In this document: positions 1 to 6,637 of the stretch, piece after piece
Position numbering within the stretch: the first letter of the stretch is position 1
Layout: the number at the start of each line of letters is the position of its first letter
Origin: Octopus sinensis
Lineage: Eukaryota
DNA: 7,705 bases
NCBI RefSeq assembly: GCF_006345805.1
Contig: NW_021828785.1
Location: 1-7,705, forward strand
Direction of reading: 5' to 3'
Notes under the pieces: model-generated
The model's database searches: none
What the model was told of the DNA's origin: nothing
Seen by the model: only the letters and a program-made list of their open reading frames with translations
Translations under genes and position numbers: made by a program

Positions 1-18
1 AATGAGTGAATAGAAAAA

Positions 19-113
19 GTGAGAGAGAGAGAGAAAAGATGAGAGAAAGAGAGAGAGAGAAAGAGAGGAGAGAGACAAGAGAGAGAGACAAGGTGCGAGA
101 GAGAGAGCGAAGA
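19..113. repeat. Imperfect (GA)n microsatellite
   Basis: Interrupted AG/GA dinucleotide run; explains the R/E-rich ORF 6..230. Confidence 0.95.
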
Positions 114-224
114 GAAATGGAGAATCAAAAACGCGCACTCACTGGAATGGATACTGATGCAAACATACATAGGTATAGATTCACGCTGTATATACATATA
201 GGCAGAGAGACGAGCAAAATTGAC

Positions 225-410
225 TGCTAGAAATAGCAGTCAAATCTTCCTCGAATCACCCTGCATCCTCTTGAAAAGGGACTCGCAGGATAATGGGATT
301 CTAGGGTTCTCTGCTTATACGAAAGCGAGAGGGTGGTCACTGTTGGAATATTTTTGATCTGTGTACTTAATCAAGGCTGACCTGAGACAATAGAACGACA
401 TTGAAAGGAA
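225..410 (+). mobile_element. Degenerate interspersed repeat fragment (unclassified, probably SINE-derived)
   Basis: tagcagtcaaatcttcctcgaatcac (235-260) has a diverged inverted counterpart at 2131-2182 (reverse complement tagcagccaaatcactctcaaattac). The extension to ~410 rests on my recollection of an octopus repeat, not on a search. Confidence 0.45.
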
Positions 411-469
411 ATCATACTAGCACTCACGAAGTGAAACATACATTAGAATGCACATTAGTGTTAATACAA

Positions 470-612
470 GCACGTACACACACACACAACACACACAGAC
501 ACACACGCACATAGAATACACACACAACGCGCGCACATACAACACACACATATCCACACCACACACACACACACACACACATGCATACGCACAAACACAC
601 ACATGCACACCT
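470..612. repeat. Degenerate (CA)n microsatellite
   Basis: Interrupted CA repeats; source of the H/T-rich and C/V-rich ORFs. Confidence 0.9.
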
Positions 613-773
613 ATGCTCAACGATGCGCACAATTGAACAGTCAATGGATCCTCCGTCGGTTTCGACGATGTTTATTCCAGTCTGAGTCTAAGTGGCCGAG
701 TACTCCACAGACAACGATATTATTACAGGTGTGTAACCCCAAATCAGTATGGGTGGGAGGCTTTCTAGTCATC

Positions 774-957
774 TTTTATCGTTTACCTCTTTCAGTCTTT
801 AGACTGCAGCCATACTGGGGCACCACCTTGAATTTTAGTAGAACGAATTTACTCTCGCATTATCGGATCTCTTTCTCTGAACTGCTAAGTTACAGGAACG
901 TAAACACACCAACGCCGGTTGTTAAGTGATGGTGAGGAACAAACACAGACACAAAGA
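774..957 (-). mobile_element. Diverged 3' portion of an octopus-type SINE
   Basis: Segments such as tttcagtc..tagactgcagccatactggggcaccacc, ctaagttacaggaacgtaaacacacc and acaaacacagacac match, from memory, the 3' half of an abundant octopus SINE that follows an internal AT/GT microsatellite. It abuts the (AC)n(AT)n tract as expected. No second copy in the window to confirm. Confidence 0.55.

Positions 958-960
<3 letters not shown>

Positions 961-1042
<82 letters not shown>
961..1042. repeat. Compound (AC)16(AT)n microsatellite
   Basis: Directly visible. Confidence 0.97.
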
Positions 1043-1044
<2 letters not shown>

Positions 1045-1245
1045 TTTTTAATATATATTTTAAAATAATCATTTTAAAATGATGTGTTTTGAAGTTTTGC
1101 ATTCGGTAAAATTTTGTTTATTTTTAGTAGTTTTGACCGCATTCGTCTCTCTTAGCGTGTTGGTATCTACGAATAGTAGTTACCCTCAATATAATATAAA
1201 ATTATATCTATATTACCCTCAATTTTACTAATTAACTTTACCCTC

Positions 1246-1248
<3 letters not shown>

Positions 1249-1296
<48 letters not shown>
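1249..1296. repeat. (AT)n microsatellite adjoining the 3' side of the SINE segment at 1297-1458
   Basis: Directly visible, one interruption. Confidence 0.95.
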
Positions 1297-1458
1297 CGAC
1301 GGGCTTCTATTAGTTTCTATCGACCAAATCCCTCACAAAGCTTTTGTTCATCCGAGACCATAGTAAAAGACATCTGCCCAGTGTGCCACACAGTGGGACT
1401 GAACCCAGAGCTATGTGGTTGGGAAGTAAACTTCTTACCACACAGTCACGCCTGCGCC
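1297..1458 (-). mobile_element. tRNA-headed SINE (CORE-like octopus family), copy 1
   Basis: Reverse complement starts GGCGCAGGCGTGACTGTGTGGTAAGAAG (A-box-like), contains GGTTCAGTCCC (B-box-like), and ends GAAGCCCGTCG followed by (AT)n. About 80% identical by hand alignment to 4511-4655. Confidence 0.85.
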
Positions 1459-1522
1459 ATAATAACTATCTCGCCCTGTCTCCATTTCTACATTCTGTGT
1501 TCAAATACCTCTGAGGTTATCT

Positions 1523-1755
1523 ATTTCTTTATTGCCCACAGGGGGCTAAACATAGAGAGGACAAACAAGGACAGACAAAGGGATTAAGTCAATTACATCG
1601 ACCCCAGTGCGTAACTGGTACTTATTTAATCGACCCCGAAAGGATGAAAGGCAAAGTCGACCTCGGCGGAATTTGAACTCAGAACGTAGCGGCAGACGAA
1701 ATACGGCTACACATTTCGCCCGGCGTGCTAACGGTTCTGCCAGCTCGCCGCCTTA
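1523..1755 (-). mobile_element. Full-length, young tRNA-headed SINE with a Meta/MESC-like central domain
   Basis: A-box-like TGGCAGAACCG (1732-1742) and B-box-like GTTCAAATTCC (1668-1678). Central GCCTTTCATCCTTTCGGGGTCGATTAAATAAGTACCAG (1615-1652) resembles the MetaSINE core as I recall it. Ends AATAAAGAAAT. Flanked by a perfect 14-bp duplication CTCTGAGGTTATCT (1509-1522 and 1756-1769). Confidence 0.9.
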
Positions 1756-1795
1756 CTCTGAGGTTATCTTTGAGGTTATCTTTGCTTTACATCCG

Positions 1796-1870
1796 AAGGC
1801 GATGGACTAGCAGAACCGTTAAAGTCTCGGATGAAAGGTCCTGCGATACAAGTCCCGGTTCTTTACTTTC
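1796..1870 (+). mobile_element. Diverged head-only fragment of a SINE related to 1523-1755
   Basis: aaggcgatggactagcagaaccgtta...tactttccgaggtcaaatcctgc aligns with the head aaggcggcgagctggcagaaccgtta...tacgttctgagttcaaattccgc of the neighbouring element. Confidence 0.7.
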
Positions 1871-2130
1871 CGAGGTCAAATCCTGCTATAGCTTACTTGG
1901 GTTATAAACTTAAACCGTCGTGCCGTTTTAACATCACGATCATCACTCGGCACCTTTAGCGGAGGCCATTCTGCTGCAAGCATTCGGGCCAGGTTACCAG
2001 TTTAAGGATACATTCCTATTTTTCTATCAAACCCCCGTACACCAGTGTCCGAGGTCGTGTAATCAGTCTTGGACACTGCTTTTCCTCCTGACTGATAGAT
2101 GAAAAAAAATTAATAACATCCAATGTCCAT

Positions 2131-2182
2131 CTCTTTTGAAGGCAGTGAGTTGTAATTTGAGAGTGATTTGGCTGCTACTTTT
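2131..2182 (-). mobile_element. Short degenerate fragment of the same repeat family as 225-280
   Basis: Reverse complement shares tagcag(c/t)caaatc..ctc(a/g)aat(t/c)ac with 235-260. Confidence 0.45.
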
Positions 2183-2523
2183 CATAACATGTTCGGCTAG
2201 TAGCGTACAGAGGCTTCCACGCTAGTTCGCTTTCAAGGGAAGAAGGCACCACAGAAATGGTAAATAGTTTACGGCACAAAAGAAATCATTTTAAATTTGC
2301 TATACTAATATTCGGGATGCCTTATCTCTACAAAGTATAGAAGCCGATTCGTTGCGTAAAATTAATTTTGAGGATCTGATCAAAGGCTTTTGCAATTGAA
2401 AATAATAGAAAAAACGTTTAAAATATAAGTAAAGAGGAAGTATACGAAAATAAACATTATTTTCCATTTTGCGATCAGTTTTGCTTCATTTTGAAAAATA
2501 AAAATTTATTATGTGGTTTGTTA

Positions 2524-2917
2524 TCTTTATATATAAAAGTGAAGTTGTGTGTCTGTCTCCTACGATTTAGATTCCTAACTACTCCCACATTTTGCGGTGC
2601 AGTGTAACCAAAAGCGGGTATCTTATAGTCGTGATTCATATCGAGCCCTTCTGGGTATTAGCGCGCGTCTACGATGAGTCTACGATTTAAAAAAAAAATT
2701 ACCATCATTTTTTCCCATTTTAATGCATTTTTTTGCTATTATATAAGGGAAGTAACTCTCTAAAAATGTATTATTAAATCTCAGAACGTAAAAAGCTACA
2801 GTAACACCCCCCTTCGTGGTTAGCCATATTGAGATGGTTATTATACTTTACATCTCTAAAAATGCTTATATAGTTATTTCCCTTACAAACCCGAGCAACG
2901 CCGGGCGATACTGCTAG
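2524..2917 (+). mobile_element. Non-autonomous Helitron, 394 bp, copy L
   Basis: Starts A|TC (A2523, TCTTTATATATAAAAG). Subterminal GC-rich hairpin CCCGAGCAACGCCGGG (2890-2905). Ends CTAG|T (2914-2917, T2918). No TSD. These are canonical Helitron termini. A second copy lies at 3076-3462. Confidence 0.88.
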
Positions 2918-3075
2918 TTGTTTATATTTTGAATCACAAATATATGGAGGCACCAAAATCATTTAAGTGATTAGAGTACTTAAATCTCGCCCTGTATTGG
3001 GGGGAATCAGTATGACACAGGATGTGAGAAGGCTGGGCTCTTCTAATTTATGTCAATATCAATTTTATATTATTA

Positions 3076-3462
3076 CTAACAGTATCGCCCGGCGTTGCTC
3101 GGATTTGTAAGGGAAATAACCATATAAGCATTTTTAGAGAGTTATAGCCAAAAATAGCAAAAAAATGCATTAAAAATGGAAAAAAAATTATGGCAAATTT
3201 TTTTTAAATCGTTGACTCATCGTAGACATTTTTAATATAATAGCGAAAAAATGCATTAAAATGGAAAAAAATGATGGTAATTTTTTTTTTAAATCGTAGA
3301 CTCATCGTAGACGCACGCTAATACCCAGAAGGGCTCGATGTGAATCACGATTATAAGATACCTGGTTTTGGTTAAACTGCACCGCAAAATGTGGGAGTAG
3401 TTAGGAATCTAAATCGTAGGAGACATACACTCACACAACTTCACTTTTATATATAAAGAAGA
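3076..3462 (-). mobile_element. Non-autonomous Helitron, 387 bp, copy R
   Basis: Reverse complement starts A|TCTTCTTTATATATAAAAG, has hairpin TCCGAGCAACGCCGGG (3088-3103) and ends TTAG|T (CTAG variant). Roughly 95% identical to copy L over the first ~220 bp; 62/65 identical over the last 65 bp. Confidence 0.88.
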
Positions 3463-3650
3463 TGTGCTTCAATACCGGTACTCTAAATGTAACTCCTCAG
3501 TGTGTCACAACGTGGCAAGTCTCGGCCCTTCTCGTTACCGATACAAAGTATCTGTTTTTGGTTTCTTCAAACATTTTATATGATCTCAGTTTTACTTACA
3601 GAACAAGGCCGACGTTGACACCAACTATGATAAAAAAAAATAATAATTAG

Positions 3651-3684
3651 CTCTTGCCCAATGTATGATGCAGTGGGATCGAAC
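3651..3684 (-). mobile_element. Small degenerate SINE head fragment
   Basis: Reverse complement GTTCGATCCCACTGCATCATACATTGGGCAAGAG resembles GTTCAGTCCCACTGTGTAGCACCTTGGGCAAGTG of 4547-4580 and includes a B-box. Confidence 0.5.
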
Positions 3685-3748
3685 GGACATACGTCTGTAA
3701 ACCGTCTGGTCATGCTTCTGTGAAGTCGAACGGTTTACATCCAAGGCT

Positions 3749-3752
<4 letters not shown>

Positions 3753-3784
<32 letters not shown>

Positions 3785-3892
3785 TCCTCCCTTTAAATAT
3801 ATATATACATGTCTTCCACACACATGCGCAAACATACAAGTCTTACGTGTGTGTATATATATATATGTGTGTGTGTGTGTGTATGTACATGC

Positions 3893-3930
<38 letters not shown>

Positions 3931-3936
3931 ACATGC

Positions 3937-3994
<58 letters not shown>

Positions 3995-4012
3995 CCACAC
4001 ACATGCGCATAC
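3753..4012. repeat. Compound (TC)n/(TA)n/(TG)n microsatellite block
   Basis: Directly visible; includes a duplicated (TA)n(TG)n-TATGTACATGCA unit. Confidence 0.95.
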
Positions 4013-4077
4013 ACATGTAACACAAACAAACACTGTGAACGAAGCTGAAACTAATAAATGCTCTTTAAATAAAGGGG

Positions 4078-4490
4078 TTAAGAGAGGGTGGGGTGAGAGA
4101 GGAAGAGAAGCAGCAACAGAGGGAGAGGAAAAGGAAGAGAAAGAGAGACGGAAGAAAGTGAAGAGGAAGGAGAGGAATAGAAGAAGAAGAAGAAGAAGAA
4201 GAAGATAAGGAAGATGAAGAAGAAGAAGAAGAAGAAGAAGAAGAAGAAGAAGGTAAGGAAGATGAAGAGTAAGGGGAGGAGGGGATAGGAATGGAGGGGA
4301 TGGGAGGGGAAGTTGGGGGGAAGAGAACAAGGCAGAAGGAAGGAAGGAAGAAAGAGGAAGAAGGTATGGCAGAAGAGAGACGAAACGTGCATATGAAGGC
4401 GAAAAGAAAACGATAGATTGATGATAGGAGAGAGACAGCGGTGGAGAGAATTAGAAAGCAAAGAGTGAGGGAGAGAGAGAGACGGAGAAA
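4078..4490 (+). repeat. Polypurine low-complexity tract with (GAA)n core (~4178-4253)
   Basis: Mostly A/G on the + strand over ~400 bp; explains the poly-S, poly-L and poly-F ORFs on the minus strand. Confidence 0.92.
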
Positions 4491-4510
4491 TACAAAGTAC
4501 GTCACTCGCA

Positions 4511-4655
4511 TGGTAAGAAGCTCGCTTCCCAACCACATGGTTCCGGGTTCAGTCCCACTGTGTAGCACCTTGGGCAAGTGTCTTCTACTATAGCCTCGGG
4601 CCGACCAAAGCCTTCGGAGTGGATTTGGTAGACGGAAACTGAAAGAAGCCCGTCG
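4511..4655 (+). mobile_element. tRNA-headed SINE (CORE-like octopus family), copy 2, missing its first ~18 nt
   Basis: TGGTAAGAAG...GGTTCAGTCCC...CCTTGGGCAAGTGTCTT...GAAGCCCGTCG followed by a TG-rich tail; homologous to 1297-1458 in inverted orientation. Confidence 0.88.
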
Positions 4656-4836
4656 TATGTGCGTGTGTGTGTGCGTGTGCGTTTCTCCTTTTTCTTTCCC
4701 TCACTCCCACTTTCTCTGAGTGCGTATTCCTTTCTCTGTGTGTATGTATATGCCCATGTGTGCACGCACATGTGCGTGTGTGTGCGCGCGCGTATATGTG
4801 TTTCTATTTGCCTGCTTGTCTGACATTTCTAAACTT

Positions 4837-4840
<4 letters not shown>

Positions 4841-4897
<57 letters not shown>

Positions 4898-4946
4898 ATT
4901 CACAAATGTGTATACATGCATGTAAATATATATATATATATATATA
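4841..4946. repeat. (TC)26 and (AT)n microsatellites
   Basis: (TC)n 4841-4892; (AT)n ~4926-4946. Confidence 0.95.
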
Positions 4947-4976
4947 AATTGATCAAAATAAAATAAAAACGCACAA

Positions 4977-5024
4977 CAGCTACATTGAGAGAAGAAATTC
5001 TCTCAGCTACATTGAGAGAAGAAA
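4977..5024 (+). repeat. 21-bp direct duplication with 6-nt spacer
   Basis: CAGCTACATTGAGAGAAGAAA at 4977-4997 and 5004-5024, separated by TTCTCT. Confidence 0.95.
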
Positions 5025-5139
5025 GAGATGGACGCTTCAACTCTATGCTGCTGCCGCATTACGTCGTACGTGAATGAGAGGATTTGCATCCCCAACCAAG
5101 AATTTTTGATGTAACACATGTCCTTGTGGAAGCTGTTGT

Positions 5140-5220
5140 GCGCGGCTGAAGAAGGCCACAGACATACATTATGCATTGTTATAAATCTGTCTAATAAAGG
5201 CCCGAAACATATGTACGCGC
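5140..5220 (+). ncRNA. Type I hammerhead ribozyme motif, Penelope-like-element style
   Basis: Core CUGAAGA 5146-5152, GAAA 5204-5207, cleavage triplet GUA 5213-5215. Stem I GCGCG 5140-5144 / CGCGC 5216-5220. Stem II GGCC 5154-5157 / GGCC 5199-5202. Stem III is the palindrome ACAUAUGU 5207-5214. Confidence 0.7.
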
Positions 5221-5330
5221 TGAATCCTTCGCATCATGTTTTTATTTTATTTTGATCAATTTACTACACCACCTACATCACTAAACGGTATACACAGGTG
5301 CTTATATTATCAGTACTCACCACCGATTTC

Positions 5331-5354
5331 TATATATATATAGATGTATGTATA

Positions 5355-5400
<46 letters not shown>

Positions 5401-5532
5401 ATATATAATGCATGCATATACATATATATACATTATATATGTATGTATATTAAATGTATGTATATGTAGTATATGCTATGCATGCATGTATGTATGTATG
5501 TATGTATGTATGTATGTATGTATGTATGTATG
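5331..5532. repeat. Compound (AT)n and (ATGT)n microsatellite
   Basis: Directly visible; the ATGT tetranucleotide run is at ~5485-5532. Confidence 0.95.
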
Positions 5533-5740
5533 TAGTTTTCGCGTTATAAGAATTTATGAATTATCGAGAAATAATTCTAGTTTGGAACAGTGGATGACGA
5601 AGCACACAGAAAGCTGTAAATTATAGCGTGCAAATATTGGATTTAAAAAACCTTTTTGGATAAAAAGGAAAATAAACTTGAAGGCCGACACGATCTGTCA
5701 TCTTGTGTCGACATGACATATGCGAAAAGAGAAATACACA

Positions 5741-5775
5741 GCTGTGTGTTAAGATGCTTGCTTCCCAACAACATG
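5741..5775 (+). mobile_element. Head fragment of the CORE-like SINE
   Basis: GCTGTGTGTTAAGATGCTTGCTTCCCAACAACATG matches the heads of 1297-1458 and 4511-4655. Confidence 0.75.
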
Positions 5776-5841
5776 CCTCGTGGAGCTTTGGGTGTTTTTG
5801 CTCAATAAACACTCACAACGCCCAGTCCGGGAATCGAAACC
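5776..5841 (-). mobile_element. Fragment of a different tRNA-headed SINE
   Basis: Reverse complement GGTTTCGATTCCCGGACTGGGCGTTGTGAGTGTTTATTGAGCAAAAACACCCAAAGCTCCACGAGG has a B-box-like GTTTCGATTCC. Family recognised from memory only. Confidence 0.6.
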
Positions 5842-6112
5842 GTTGGTTTCACGCCTATTACTGATCTCACCAATATGAGACCCGATGGCCAGAGACCAAC
5901 TAATTTCATGATCCCAAATTAAGTTGTATCGATAAGCTCCGATATAAGAGCGAAATAACGTTATCTGCAGCTACTAGGACACCCAAAATGAGAAAGAAAA
6001 AGGAATTATCTGGAAATAATGTCCTATGTTCTCTCACTCATACGAAAATGACCTCGCAAAATAATAAAGCAAAAAAGAAAAAGAAAAGATTATATTTCTT
6101 GGTCACACTCTT

Positions 6113-6275
6113 TATGTGTGTATTTGTGTATGTGAGCTTCTTATGTGTGCGTTTGTGTATGTTTCTTTTTGTGTTTGTTTCTGTGTATGCAGTTGATACA
6201 TACATCTGTGTGTATTTAAGCATATTTAAATATACATATACACATATATGTATGTATTCATGCATACATATTTTT
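6113..6275. repeat. Degenerate (TG)/(TA) low-complexity tract
   Basis: Directly visible. Confidence 0.8.
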
Positions 6276-6339
6276 ATGGATAAACAAACGTACACGGCCT
6301 TTGGTTGCACTGGACCTAATCAATGCACCTTTCACGTTA

Positions 6340-6620
6340 GGGACTCTTTCTAATGCATCTCCAACTTACCTAAAGTTACAATTTGGTCTACATCATACAA
6401 ACCGGCTGCCAGCAATCCTCCTGTACGAAGAACACCTCATAGACATCTTCCTTGGCAAGAGGTCACCTGTCTTGATATTTCTGCTCTACTAACCACTGAC
6501 CCAACATTTCTCGATTTTCAACTTCCAGCACCAGATTACCCACTACTCACCTTCAGAAGGAGACCTATAAGGAGACTTATATTCTCCTTTCAAATGTTCT
6601 TGTTCCTTGGGTTCATCGGA
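6340..6620 (+). pseudogene. Decayed GIY-YIG endonuclease coding remnant (Penelope-like element), copy 1
   Basis: Across frameshifts: VYIIQTGC (6386-6409, cf. LYIGQTGR), EEHLIDIFLGKRSPV (6427-6471, cf. F.EHLRDI....PV), HLQKE...VP (6548-6607, cf. R..KE...P.GLN). DNA is homologous to 6638-6870. Confidence 0.6.
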
Positions 6621-6637
6621 TCCAACAACCGCAATTT

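Noticed and set aside
603-929. 108-aa ORF with ordinary-looking composition
   Set aside because: It starts in a CA repeat, runs through a probable SINE fragment, and has no recognisable motif.
1056-1083. Adjacent 12- and 16-bp palindromes (TATTTTAAAATA, ATCATTTTAAAATGAT)
   Set aside because: Almost pure A/T next to an (AT)n tract; likely chance or slippage.
1297-1755. tRNA genes
   Set aside because: A/B-box-like motifs are present, but I see no cloverleaf, and the heads continue into repeat bodies; these are SINE heads.
1180-1782. CRISPR-like short repeats (TTACCCTCAAT x3, TGAGGTTATCT x3)
   Set aside because: Repeats are only 11 bp, spacing is irregular, the context is eukaryotic, no cas genes are present, and the second set is explained by a TSD.
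690-3045. Faint similarity between 690-745 and the Helitron spacer 2965-3045 (AAGTG..GAGTACT, AATCAGTATG)
   Set aside because: Matches are too short to support homology without a search. Both may be old fragments of one repeat family.
2524-3462. Single MITE/foldback element with long terminal inverted repeats
   Set aside because: No target-site duplication at the outer ends, and each arm has its own Helitron 5' TC, hairpin and 3' CTAG/TTAG end facing the spacer.
6-6353. ORFs of 60-206 aa in the supplied track (e.g. 3710-4330, 4065-4577, 4078-4536, 5988-6353)
   Set aside because: Their low-complexity peptides (RE, HT, CV, YI, poly-S/L/F) are translations of microsatellites, or they overlap SINEs and Helitrons. 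No domain is recognisable.
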